A stretch of DNA of 62,987 nucleotides, counting the filler, from Saprolegnia diclina VS20 (taxonomy: Eukaryota): assembly GCF_000281045.1 (NCBI RefSeq). It is 5 parts of 2 records of this genome, joined end to end, with 100 filler letters (N's around TTAATTAATTAA, not from the genome) between each part and the next. Parts side by side here need not be neighbours in the genome. Positions count along the whole stretch, not along the records: positions 1 to 16,506 come from NW_008246101.1; positions 16,607 to 40,289 come from NW_008246101.1; 3 more parts are not named here. One strand, given 5' to 3'. Positions 10,571 to 22,084 of the stretch are shown piece by piece. The stretch's first letter is position 1. Each line of letters begins with the position of its first letter. The notes below the pieces were generated by a model. That model saw only the letters and a program-made list of their open reading frames with translations, did not search any database and was not told the origin of the DNA. The position numbers were made by a program, and so were the translations under genes.

Positions 10571-11777
10571 TCAGCGCCGGCCCACGCCGACGACACGCAC
10601 TTGTGGGTGGGTGTCCTGGACTTCGTACTGTACGTCCAGGTCGTCAAACGCAAGGTGGTTCACGCGCGACGCCATCTTTCTCGTCTGCTCGACGCTGCGC
10701 ACGTCGACGGCGAGCACCTGCGTGATGGCTGGTCGTTCATGAGCTTCCTCGTTGTCGGATCTCGCAGGGTTGACTACCGTCGCAGAGGCGGGCAGTGTCG
10801 TTCGCGTAGAACCGGCTCGGGCGCGAGAGGCGCAGCACGGTAGCCTTGGCCTCGGGCACCCACGCGACCGATCTACGGAGCACGCTGAGCTGCCTCCATG
10901 CGGTGTGCAGTGCTACCGCTGCGTCGACACTGTCGCCGCGATCCACGGCGCAACGGCCACGTCGGTGGGCTCCATGCAGTCGTAGGCTATGCCAGGGCAG
11001 GAGATGATGGTACTGAGCGGTGTAACGGACGAACGTACCGGGGACGTATGGCTTGAGGTCGACGATGGGCGTGCCATCGACGAGGTCGATGCCCGAGACG
11101 ACGACCGTGCGTGCGGCCTTGTCGACGCGCTCGATCTTGGCGAGCGTGATGCCAATCGGGTTGGGTCGATGCGGCGTCCGCGTGGCGAAGATGCCCATGC
11201 GCTGCTTGAGCATGGGCGGACTCACCTTGGCCTACGCGACCAACATGAGCTCACGAAGCATCGATCGAGTCGGACGCGAAACGTGTGGGCCGTCCCCGCT
11301 TCCGTGCGCAAGCCAGTATGCGCCCGCGCGTTCTTCCCGTTCGTGTTGCAATGGAAGACAAAGGTGAGCCAGACGTGGCTAAACGCCTCGAGGCCGTCGA
11401 GCGCCTCGGGCGAGATGCTCTTGTGGCACTCGACGTGCGCGCACGTGGCTGGCGCCAAGTACCCTTGGCGCGGCGTGCCAATGCACTGGTGGAAGACAGA
11501 GCGCAGCGTTGCGATCGGCTGGATGTAGTAGCCTGCCGAGACGTCGAGCTTGGCTTGCAGCAACGCCCTGAGCTCCTACCACGCCGTATGAGCCCATGTC
11601 GCCATGACCGACGCCGACCTTCTCAGCCGAGGTGCGCCCGGCGCGCTCTTCCTGGCGCTGCGTCTCCTTCTTCGCCGCTTCGTCGTGCAGCAATCGCATG
11701 CGGGCACGCAGCTGGATGATGTAGTAGGAGACGCTAACGCCGCCGACGAGTAGCGCGAGCAGGACGCCGTGGCCCAT
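10571..11777 (-). CDS. TRMO: tRNA (adenine(37)-N6)-methyltransferase TrmO/TsaA-like, multi-exon
   Basis: Exons encode GTPRQG, LDGLEAFSHVWLTFVFH, GIFATRTPHRPNPIG and GIDLVDGTPIVDLKPYVP..YD. N-terminal TM segment and coiled coil. About 5 short GT-AG introns; boundaries read by eye. Confidence 0.88.
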
Positions 11778-11934
11778 GCCCGATCCGGATAGTGCCGGAT
11801 ACGAGGAGATGCAATCGGCGGCAACGGCGCAATGTCGCCGTCGTCTCCCAGATCTGGTACACCCGTTGCCAGGAGCGCGCGTGCCAACGGGACCAAATTC
11901 GGGCATTCGACTCAGCTCACTTCTTATTTTTGCC

Positions 11935-12503
11935 ATGACGACGACGACCCACTACCTGACGCTGAGCCTCCGCAGCGTCGAGATGCTAGTCGCACTCCTC
12001 GCCGTCGTCGTGCTCTGCCATGTCTTTCACCCGGTCAAGCCCCCGGTGCGCAAGCTGCTCGTGCTCCCGGGTTCGTACACGGTGGGCACCATGCTTGTGG
12101 CGAGCATTGCAGCGTTCGTGCTCTCGGCCAGCTCTGTGGTGCTCCATGTCAGCAAGCGCTGGTCGACACTTCGGTACGTCACATCGATCTGTACTGTCCC
12201 TCATGGCGTTGTACTAGAATCGGCGCCCAAGCCAAGATGGCAGTCGCCTTTGCCGTGGCCTTCCTCGTGGGTACGATCATGCTCGCTGACAGCTCGCACT
12301 ACCGCTATTGCCACCGCAGCGCCAACGTGAGCTGCGAGGCGCTCGAGTGGAGCATGACGACGCTGTTTGTGCTCTCGATGCTCTGTGGCGTCGACGCAGT
12401 GCTGCAGTACGACCAGGTGCACGCGGCGCCCGAAGACATGCCGCTCACGCCGAACGCCAAGCCTAGCGCTACGATGCGCATGGAAGCTGCGACGCCCGTC
12501 TAG
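11935..12503 (+). CDS. Small four-TM MARVEL/CASP-like membrane protein (1 intron at ~12174-12217)
   Basis: Four hydrophobic helices, a C-x(7)-C loop before TM4 and a TP-containing tail, similar in layout to the two neighbouring genes. Confidence 0.6.
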
Positions 12504-13055
12504 GGTATAGGAGGCGTTTTGTGATGAGCTATAAGCTATAAGCTTGAAGCGGAGATGTGTGTACGAACACTGATCGAACGTTGCCTCAAGGAAGCTTTGG
12601 CGAGCCAACCGATCACCTCTCACAACTGCCCCACCGTTCTTGGAACTGCAATTTGGAAGTGCAATTTGGGATTCGATGGAAAAGCCGGAATATGTCAAAA
12701 AGGGGTACGCGCCCTTTTTCGGAGCCTGAACCGACTTAGATTTCAATAGAAATATTGACCCCCGCTTGCATTTCAGTAGAGAAAAACAAAACGAATTAGT
12801 ATAGATAGCTCTATGCTCTCGAGGCCCTAGGATTTACGACTGGCGAACGCTTGGATGGGTTGACCAAGTTGCCTTCGATTCGAAGCTTAACGGCCGTACC
12901 CCTTTTTGGCACGATTTGCCGATATGCTATTTCAGCGCCCGCCGATTGGTCAGCTTTCGAAACCGTCGCGGGAAGTGGCGTGTTTTTAGTGGGAGGTGCG
13001 ATGTTTCTATCAAATGGCTAAACGCACCGTCCGAGAAATCCTGCCACAGTGCTGT

Positions 13056-13070
13056 GCATTCCGCAATTGT
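13056..13070 (+). promoter_or_regulatory. INR-FPR core promoter motif
   Basis: GCATTCCGCAATTGT lies immediately before the ATG at 13072 and closely matches the oomycete INR/FPR consensus. Confidence 0.6.
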
Positions 13071-13071
13071 C

Positions 13072-13650
13072 ATGGTCGCGCTACCGACAAGCTACCACCT
13101 CCACAAGGCCATGATCCACCTGGTCCTCCGCGGTCTGCAAGCGGGCAGCGCCTTCGTGGCCATGCTCACGGCCACGGCCGTCACAGGCCTCTCGTACGCC
13201 GACTACAGCCTCATCGTCGCCTACACGGGCTGGATGGCGTCCATGGGCATGGTCGGGCTCCTTCTCTTGCACAAGGTGCCCGCCGTGTACCCGACCAAGA
13301 CGGCGCTGCTCGCCCACGACGCTGTGCTCGGCGCGCTGCTATTCATTGCGGGCATCTCCATGGCCGCGTCCAAGTTGCTTAACGACGCCTGCAAGCTCCA
13401 GAACGCGCTCAACGTGACTGACGGCATCAACTGCTCGTCGTACCGCGCGTCGACCGCGTTCCTCTTTATCGTGGCGGCCCTCCACTTGATCTCGTTTGGC
13501 TTGACCATGGTCGACTACTCGAGCCCCAAGGTGCCGATGGAAGACGCTCTCGACATGAACGACGCGTTTGGCGCCAACGAGCCGCGCACGCCCCGCGGCG
13601 AGTACCCTGGCGAGTACGTCCCGCCCCAGGAACACCTCGCCCAAGTGTAA
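13072..13650 (+). CDS. MARVEL/CASP-like four-TM membrane protein (192 aa)
   Basis: LVLRGLQ..VTGLSYADY..DAVLGALLFIAGI..AS..C..C pattern with four TM helices. Confidence 0.75.
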   Translation: MVALPTSYHLHKAMIHLVLRGLQAGSAFVAMLTATAVTGLSYADYSLIVAYTGWMASMGMVGLLLLHKVPAVYPTKTALLAHDAVLGALLFIAGISMAASKLLNDACKLQNALNVTDGINCSSYRASTAFLFIVAALHLISFGLTMVDYSSPKVPMEDALDMNDAFGANEPRTPRGEYPGEYVPPQEHLAQV

Positions 13651-14037
13651 GATCGTCGCGTCTGAAGCTAACGTTTATGTAATGCATGCACGAAATGATG
13701 TACTTGATGTACTGCACTTGGTCGTCTGCCAAATGCACAAGTCTGCAACGACTACACTACGTACTGAGTTGTCGGATACGGTGGTGCTGGATGTTCTATC
13801 GAGACGCCCGTGTACGCTTGAGCCATCTACTGCAGAGCGCAAGGACCACTATGCGGGATCACCAAAGCCACATAGTCGAACTGAGAGTGTATCGGGCAGT
13901 GGGTTTGCTCAGGTGTTCTCGCCGGCGCAGCGACTAATGAGGTACCAGCAGTAGTCGGTAGTCTCTGAGATGCACAGAATCAAATGGGCACTTGCTAGAA
14001 TCGCATTGACATAGGTTAAGAAGAGAGGGGGCATCGA

Positions 14038-14547
14038 TTACTGCGCCGTCGGCGTCTTGATCTCGACGGGCGCCACGTACTCGGTCGTCTCGTGCACCGG
14101 GTTCTCGAGGTCCTCGACGACGACCGCGCTGTTGGGCGTCAAGTAGAGCGCCGCGTAGCTGAGGTACGCGAGGAAGCCCTGGATGGCCGCGGCGAGGAAG
14201 AGGCCGATCGTGGCAATGTACAGCGCGCCGCAGCTGTTGGCGTGGCAGTAGAAGAACGCCTTGGAGCTGGCAGCGAGCACGATGGCCGCGATGAGCGCGA
14301 GCGCGCCGAGGACGCCGTCGGTCACGAGCACGGTGAAGGCCGAGAGCTCGAGCTTCTTGAAATGGATCGCGAGGAGGTAGTAGAGGGCGGCGTGCGCAGC
14401 CAAGAGGAAGGCCGTGACAAAGGCAAAGTCACCGGCGGAAAGACCGGTGACGCCCGTGACGCAGAAGAAGGCGATGGCGCTGACGGCGAATTGCGCGCCG
14501 CGCGTGAGCAGCTGGAGTTGGTTGGCGCCGGCAATGAACGAGGTCAT
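14038..14547 (-). CDS. MARVEL/CASP-like four-TM membrane protein (169 aa)
   Basis: LLTRGAQ..VTGLSAGDF..DGVLGALALIAAIVLAAS..C..C; clearly paralogous to 13072-13650. Confidence 0.75.
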   Translation of the reverse strand: MTSFIAGANQLQLLTRGAQFAVSAIAFFCVTGVTGLSAGDFAFVTAFLLAAHAALYYLLAIHFKKLELSAFTVLVTDGVLGALALIAAIVLAASSKAFFYCHANSCGALYIATIGLFLAAAIQGFLAYLSYAALYLTPNSAVVVEDLENPVHETTEYVAPVEIKTPTAQ

Positions 14548-15630
14548 GGTATTTTGTTAAGTGCCAAGTGCAAACACTGTCCAGCGCGATTTGCGACACG
14601 CCCACTTCGTGATCTTTGCACAGCGCCAGTTCCTTGAAGCTCAAGGTCGTGCCACGACGCCGCATACGACACATAACACCGCAGGCGCTAGTACATGAGC
14701 ACGAGATGCTTATAAAGATCCGAGGCGACTAGCACGGCCCTGTGAATGCGAGAGAGGGCAGCTTGTTTCTTTGACGAGCAAGGGCATGACCCGAATACTT
14801 TCGAGGCGCGGTGGTGAGGCCATTTGAATCATCCATGGAACACGCTCGAACAGACCCCTCGTCCCACGCGCAGCTGCAAGGCGGCCAATATATATTGAAT
14901 TGACTATATCGTGGGTGTGACCTACGCCGGAATCTGTCGCCTGTCCACACGGTCGACCCCGCACCTGAATCGTAGATCGCGCGGATGGTTGAAGCATTGA
15001 GCTGCTCCCTTCGCTAAGTACTTGGTCGATGGGGCATCATGTCCAGCGCCAAAACGTTTCTTCTCGACCCATGCAATGGGTTTGATCCCAATCCTTCTCG
15101 TTCGATTCAATCGACTAAAGTTCAAGAAACCGAGTGCATTCTTCTGCACACAAATAGCTACTTTTTGATCAACTTTTGTGATTTCAATGGTGAATCTGGA
15201 TGACGTCGACGGTGCTGCCACCCATTAGGCTTGGTATTTGTATGGATAAGATACCGCTCAGAACGTATCCAGTGGCTTCACCGAACGACACTTTGCTGTA
15301 TCTTGTTGCCGTGGGGCACAACGAGAAGCACAAGACCGAGCACAGTTATATAACTCGCTTCCAGCCGGTCGACGGTGCTGAATACACACGGCCCCGCGGG
15401 TCACGTTGGATCGAGGGCCATCGCCGCTTCGACGAGCGGCTCGCTGCAGCCGTGTGTCGCATGCCGAACGGAGTGGTCCGCAACCACTGCTCGCTACATT
15501 CAAGAAGGATTCCATCGCCGAGGAAGTCTCGCGCAAAAGGCTTCGAATGTCGGAACCCGAGTGTTCTTCGCCGACTTCTTGCTTCTTTCTTGAAGGACCT
15601 CGACCCACTGGTATCTTTGTACATGTATTA

Positions 15631-16373
15631 GGGGGTTTCAAAGTTGAAAAAATGGAAAAGCCAATGGCAATGGAGCAGGTCCATGGCGCCAAAAATTGCT
15701 TGATTTATAGCCAATGAAAAGCGTTTGCTTTCCGGAGGCATTCCGGAGGCCGAAATGCATGTACCTCCATAATTTGATTCGTTTTTATTGCGTGGCGCCC
15801 GACAGTCCGAGGCTCGAGAGCTAGGTCCGAGGACATGGCGGTCCTTGCGCCAGCGTACCTCCTCTTGAGATCCTCTCAACAGGTCCGCTGCCTTATCTAT
15901 GGTCTTGAAGTAAAGAACAACGTGCATCGTCTTGGTTGCGCACCAGGTTGTGGGCGTCGTTGGGCATAGCGGACGTCGCCCACGTGGCATCGTCCTTCGT
16001 CTCGATGTTGATGAAACGTTCTTCACGGTCGGCTGCAGAGAGCCTTCCGCGCATGTCCTTGTAGGACTACTCGTCTCGCATGCGCGCTGGCTTGGCGCAC
16101 ATGCCCCTGTTCGAGTAGACTACCCTGGCCTTCTTGCCCGCCGCGTCTAACGGCGCGGCCGCGCGCTCTCAAAAAACCTTGCGAAATTTGATGGCCTCAC
16201 TTCTCTCCATCATGGACTCGCTCCATGGCCGAAAATCGACCATGGAGATTGCAATGGAGTTGCCTCGACAAGGGAGAAATTCGCTTCCTTTTTGTCCAAT
16301 CAGCGCGCCGTATTTTCGAAAGTCCATTTTTTCGAACTCCATTGAAATCTCCATTTTCAACTTTGAAACCCCC
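15631..16373. mobile_element. Non-autonomous DNA transposon (MITE-like), ~743 bp, with terminal inverted repeats and flanking TA
   Basis: Left end TA|GGGGGTTTCAAAGTTGAAAAAATGGA; right end TCCATTTTCAACTTTGAAACCCCC|TA. Repeated subterminal AATGGA/TCCATT and CCATGG motifs occur at both ends. No intact transposase. Confidence 0.75.
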
Positions 16374-16506
16374 TATTCAAGCTGCATAATCTCGTTGGTT
16401 GAATCTCATCGTGTTGGGCAATTTAAAGTTAGAGCGTCGCGGTCATGACGAAATTCGGGAACGAGTACTCTTCGACAGTCGTCGTCGCCGTCGCTATGGT
16501 GCGGAA

Positions 16507-16606
16507 NNNNNNNNNNNNNNNNNNNNNNNNNNNNNNNNNNNNNNNNNNNNTTAATTAATTAANNNNNNNNNNNNNNNNNNNNNNNNNNNNNNNNNNNNNN
16601 NNNNNN
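16507..16606. other. Assembly spacer (N44-TTAATTAATTAA-N44)
   Basis: 100-nt N-run with a six-frame stop linker, identical at four places in the window. Confidence 0.97.
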
Positions 16607-18006
16607 GAGTCGACGTACTTGTAAAAGACAGAGGCGAACGGAGACGCGAGGTTGCCGACCGTGCTCACAAGGCCGTAGGTCGCGCCCTCATTACCAACGT
16701 CAGCAATCTCGACAGCGCAGTACGTGGCCACGATGAAGCGGACGCTCGACGGCACGTTCTCGGCGAGCGCGACGCCATTGAAGAACCACTGGTTGCGAAT
16801 GACGTCCCAGATAGTGAAGAAGACGACAAAGGCGTCGATGACGACAATACCGATCGATCCGAGCGCGATGAGCCAGCGCCAGTTCCAGTTGAGGCCCCAC
16901 TTGCCGATCGCAACCATGATGACGGACGTGATGAGCGAGCCAAAGACGCCCGAGAGCGAGTCGTTGAGCGGCTCGACGCCGGCCCACGACTTGGAGATCG
17001 GCGAGCTCGGCGTCGCAGAGAAGGACGCAAACACTTGGTTGATGAACTTGAAGGCGACGACCTGCCACATGACACGCTTCTGAAGGAGGCCCCAGAAACT
17101 TTCGACCCAAGCGGTGAACGAAATGCCCGACGACTTTTCCTCGGCGAGCACGAAGATGGTGTTGACCATGATGAGTGCGCACGGCACGAGACAAATGGCA
17201 TACATGACATTCGGCGTCACCGCGTAGTCGAACGAGCCGCCGTAGACCTTGCCGTTGAGGAGGAAAGCAACGCAGAGCTGCGCGAGCATCGTACCAACGT
17301 ACCGGATCGTGTAAATCGCTGTCTGGGTGCGACCGCGGATCGCAATTGGCTCGCGCTGGGCGTACTCGACGACCATCGCGTCTGCTGCGCAGTCGGCCAT
17401 GACGTAGCCAAAGCCGACGAGGACCGTGAGCACGATAAACTTGGTACCGCCGTTGGGCGCGTCAAAGTTGTAGTATTGCAGCTTGTTGTCGCGAGTGAGG
17501 TTGGCGATGGACGGCGTCACGGACGGGCACTTGATCTCGCGGGCGTCGCAGTACGGCGCGCCGAACGGCGTGAACGTCATGACGCAGAGGCAGATCGTCG
17601 CGACGGTCCACCCGATGAGCATCCAGCTCTTGCGACGGTAGCCAAAGATGGGAAAGCAATCCGAGAGCATGCCAAAGAAGACCTTGAACGACCAGCCGAG
17701 CGTAACAAGCACGCTGTACGCCGAAGTTTGGTAGCCTTCCATGTGCAGATAGTTGTTGAACACCGGGTACTGCATCGCGGGCAGCATGCCGTAGAGAATG
17801 CCAATGGCAAAGTACTGCGAGAAGAGTGCAAAGGCCTCGCGCGACACGAGCGAGATGGCCCCGCCAGACACAAGCGCGCCGCCGTCTTCGAGCTCACCGG
17901 GCGACTTGAGCTCGTTAAAGTCGGCGCCGCCCTTCGTGGTGGCCGAATGGATGTACGAGGCACGCTCCTCCAGGTCAAAGTGGCCCACGTCTCTGGTCGA
18001 CGCCAT
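16607..18006 (-). CDS. Folate-biopterin transporter (BT1 family), 3' end truncated by assembly gap
   Basis: Starts MASTRDVGHFDLEER. Motifs LGWSFKVFFGMLSDCFPIFGYRRKSWM, ADAMVVEYAQREP..RGRTQ and VEIADVGNEGATYGL. INR-FPR-like TCATCTTTCAATTTAC at 18008-18023 (-). Confidence 0.9.
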
Positions 18007-19618
18007 GGTAAATTGAAAGATGAAGCTCGGAGCAGCAAGTGCAGAGAGGCGCGAGGCAGGCTTCGAGCCAAGATCCTGGTTCTTACCGTGCCACGACGCA
18101 ACATATGTTGGTGTCCCACGCAATGCATCGAGCGCCACGTGCAGGATCCGCATCATCTGATTGGTTCGCGCGTTTGGGCAATCGGCGCGTTGACCTTGTA
18201 TGTCGTCGTCGTCATGAGGATAACTTGGTTTTAGTATGATAGCAGCGAGCGTACACTGTGATGGCGTGTCTGTGGCAAAAATCGTTTCAAGATACTCGTC
18301 GGTGCACCAGATGTTGTACCTGCCGCACTTTGTGGCCAGGGTGTCTTGTTACTATGCGAGAAGGGTTTTTTGCGTTCAGGAGACTGCGATCAAGGGGCAT
18401 TGATGATGCTACCGACTGTACAATGTAGCATCATATTTAGTTAGGAATGGCACGGTAGAAGGTCAATGTCGAAACAGCGCAAGCTGCCATAGACGGTCAG
18501 CTCGCACCCACGACTCGAAGCACATTTTCCTCACACGATGAAATCTCGCGTTTCCCATATCGCGAGGTGCCAACATATTTTTTCGAAATACAGGGTTTGA
18601 ACTGCCTACAGTGCTACGTTGCGCTCTGATCAGAACACACATTCTTATTCCACAACTTATCACGGAGGCCACCAAGTCGAGTGTACGACGAGGACCAAAG
18701 TAGTTGCTATAATCGTACTACAATACATGACTCAATGCAGTAGGTAGACTCATTTTCATACGCGTGGTTTGACTCTGCTCTTGCCATTGAGTGGCTAGAC
18801 TATTACCTCTACTTCTCTTCTTCTCACGGTTTGCTTGCGACGGGGCAGTGGGAGGTCGCGTCCTGCTGCTGCTATCTTCTGAAACAAGAAGCTTCCTCGT
18901 GGTGCACGGTGATGTGCAACGTCTTACGACTGCAGAAGACGAAGTTGTTTGTTTGTCGAGGTGGCTGCATTTGGCGCACGGCACACCGTTGTCAGTCCAT
19001 CTTACTTCGTTCAGCACCTCCACGGACGGGGTATCACGACACCGCTCGAGCACTTTCAAAGTCACTACGTCCGATCTTGTTCTAGCATAGTCCAAAGTTG
19101 CAACTCACTTGTCGGGGCGAGATGTTGCGATCGCAGGTTCAGAACTACGACATCGCGTTGGCTTGCTTCATCAAGCCAACACTGTCCAGACCTTTCAGTA
19201 GCGCCCTAACTGTAGCAACCACTTCAATTTTATTTCAGGCATGACACCCTCGACGAAGCAGATATCGCAGTCGCCACAAGCCCATGCAACCGAAGCTTCA
19301 GCGGTCACCAACGCCACAGTGTATTTTGCCCACGTCCACACCCGTGCATTGGGTGTGGCAAGTGGACATACAAGTATATACGCTAATGATGATTACAAAC
19401 ATAGTAAAGCATTTACGTGTTGGAGCAGTGACGCTAGTTGGCACTTCACCTCGGACCGCCGTGAGATGTTGGCATCTTGTTCAAGTGACGCGTAAAATAC
19501 GTTTTAGAGATGGTCAAAGCAGGTAAAACTATAAAAACGCAACACTATGCGGTCACGCGACCGGCGCACGTTGCAACCAATCACGGACGAGGAGCTTCTT
19601 TGCGCCCACTCTGCCAGC

Positions 19619-21485
19619 ATGACCAGCAAGCGCAAGCGCGAGGCCGATGGCGCCATGTTCTCTGGCGCGCGCTTCTCCTTTGGCTTCCAAGCATCGCCCG
19701 ACGACACCGCTGCCGAGGCGCCGCCGGCCGTCGCTGCACACCCGACGTCCGCTTCGATCCGCGTGGCGTGCAACGTCAACGGCGCCGACCTCGCGCCCGG
19801 CGACCTCGTCGTCATCGACTGGGCCCAGAGCTCGTGGACGCAGCTGCACGTAACGTCGTCGACCGATGCGAGCGTCGCCGGCACGGTGCACCCGCAGTAC
19901 GTTGCGCTGCCGACATCGGCCTACTCGGCGCCAGACGCCCCGCCGTTCAGCCTCGACGCGCCGCTCTGGCAGTTTGACTACGTCTTTGACCCTACGTTTT
20001 CTGGTTGCACGTGGCCGCTGCACTTTTCGTCGGCGCCGTTGACGGTCGAGCCCAATTTGCAGTCGCTTTCTTGGCCACTGCCGTCGTCGACGTTCATCCA
20101 GCACGTGTACAACCAGCGCTGCATGGTCGTGCACGGCTCGTCGCACCGCCTCCAGTCGCTCCTCGAAGACCTCCACCAGCTCGACGTCGACACGCTCATT
20201 TTGACTGCGTCGCGCACGGTCGCGTGGCTGGCGCAGGCGCCCGCCAAGACGCGCATGCAGTACCTCGAAGTGCAGTCGCCGGAAATGGCCCGCGCGATCT
20301 ACAAAGCGGGTCATTCACTCTACTTTAACCCGTCGCCCGAGGTCCAGGTACGACATTTGTCGCTCCCTAATTGGTTTAGTAACGCAAAACGACTAGGAAA
20401 AGTACCTAACCGCGCTCTGCGCCGACCTTGGCATGGACTTTACGAGTGCGCTCGACGGCGGTATGGGCGGCGACATTGAGCTCTTTGCGGTACAAGGTCG
20501 CCACTCGACGCCGTGGCACCTCGATGCGCAGCAAAACATTACAGTAATTTCTTTTGTTTTGAAAATATTGCGGATAGTGATACACTGATACTAGATCCAA
20601 CTCACCGGTACGAAACGCTGGTCGTTTGTCAAGGGCCCGGTGCATGACCCAATGACCAACCTCCACTTGGCGTCGACCAACACGCCGTCGGTCCAAGACG
20701 ACTTGATTACGCACTGCATGAGCGGTGCGACGCCTGCGATGCTGACGCCGCCGGCCGACGACGACCCGGCCATTGCATCAGTCGTTCTCCGCCCCGGCTC
20801 AGTGCTCTACGTGCCTGCAGGCTACTGGCACAAGGTCGAGGCGATGGACGAAGGGTCGCTCTCGATGAACTTTTCGATCGACGGCAGTCGCTGGCTCGAC
20901 GTGCTTTGGAACCGGCTGCAACCGACGCTCATGGCGCAGCCGTCGTTCCGGGCGCGGCCCGACCTCCGCCGTGGCCCGGAGAACGCCCGCGCCCAGCTCA
21001 AGCAACTGCTTTCGTCTCTAAAGGCCACGATCGCCGAAATGGAAGACAACGTCGACACGCTCCTGCCCGATGCGCTTTTTGCCCCGCCGGCCAGTGACGT
21101 CGTGTCCGTGGCCAAGCTCGCGTCGTCGACGGACCTCGAGCTTCCGATTCAAGCAAGCAGCGTCCTTGTCCGGTCGTCGGTTGGCGCGTTGATTGCGACG
21201 CCGCATGTACCAGCGTCCGAGGGAAAGTACACGCTCGCCACGGGCGGTGCGGCTCGATTTTCCGACGGCTTCAAAGCCGAGCGGGTGACCGTGGTCGCAG
21301 TGCCACTGCCGTTGACAGCCGTGATGAACCGCCTCTTGGAGATGCCGGTTGGCACGACACTTGCCGTAGCGGCGTTGCACGCCATGGTGTCCGAGCACCC
21401 GGCGTTGACAAAGACGCTACACCATTCCATCGAGCTCCTTGTGCAGCATGGACTGTTTACGCTCACGTCGCCGATCGGCCCATGA
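19619..21485 (+). CDS. JmjC-domain 2-oxoglutarate oxygenase (ribosomal oxygenase NO66/MINA/cupin_4-like), 2 introns
   Basis: Spliced product has the HxD...H triad (TPWHLDAQQNIT|IQLTGTKRW ... LRPGSVLYVPAGYWHKV) and a C-terminal winged-helix-like tail. Confidence 0.82.
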
Positions 21486-22084
21486 AAGCGTGCGGATGCT
21501 CGTCACGATAGCATAACATACCGAAGAAGCCCATGTATTCGACGACACCCCGTATTCTTTCATTTTGGTCCATAAGAGCTGACACACCATGGTATACATA
21601 TATACATACGGACGCTGAAATCGAAAAAGGCTACGTTTACGGAGCTTTGGCGTGCGACAACAAATTTGTCAAGGAACCAACCAGTAGTCTCTTCTTCAAT
21701 TCTGTTGAATTCAGTACAAGGTGTCCGCTTCCCGCACAGTCAAGGGTCCTCGCTGGAACATTAAATGTCGTTTTGACAGGCGTCGAAGGGTTAGGGCTGG
21801 GGTTAGGGCTGAAACCGAAGTTGCCCCTGGACTGTTGTGGTCGACCGCAGCGCTGCCTGTATAGACGCTTCCGGCTTGTGCGCCGCACCACGATATCTCA
21901 CCGCCTCGATGACATTATTGCGCTCATTGGTGACAAAAAGGCGAGGCCACACTAGTCTTCCGCCATGCTAGAGCCAAGGCCATAAAATTTACGTAAAAGT
22001 TATGGCCTTGCTAAAACTGTGCAACGTATATGCAAAGTGTGCGAGTGTATTATGCATCGTATCGTACTAGTTGACGCCATCAAA

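Noticed and set aside
16551..16562. Recurrent TTAATTAATTAA as a biological repeat or piggyBac target
   Set aside because: It is always centred in fixed-length N runs, so it is an artificial six-frame stop linker.
18240..19500. AT-richer region as a transposon or Ulp1-protease relic (PRQTNNF peptide on the minus strand)
   Set aside because: No DCG catalytic motif, no terminal repeats, and only short ORFs, so it cannot be supported by eye.
21788..21811. GGGTTAGGGCTGGGGTTAGGGCTG as an interstitial telomere
   Set aside because: Only two imperfect units, too short to support a telomeric or element-end call.
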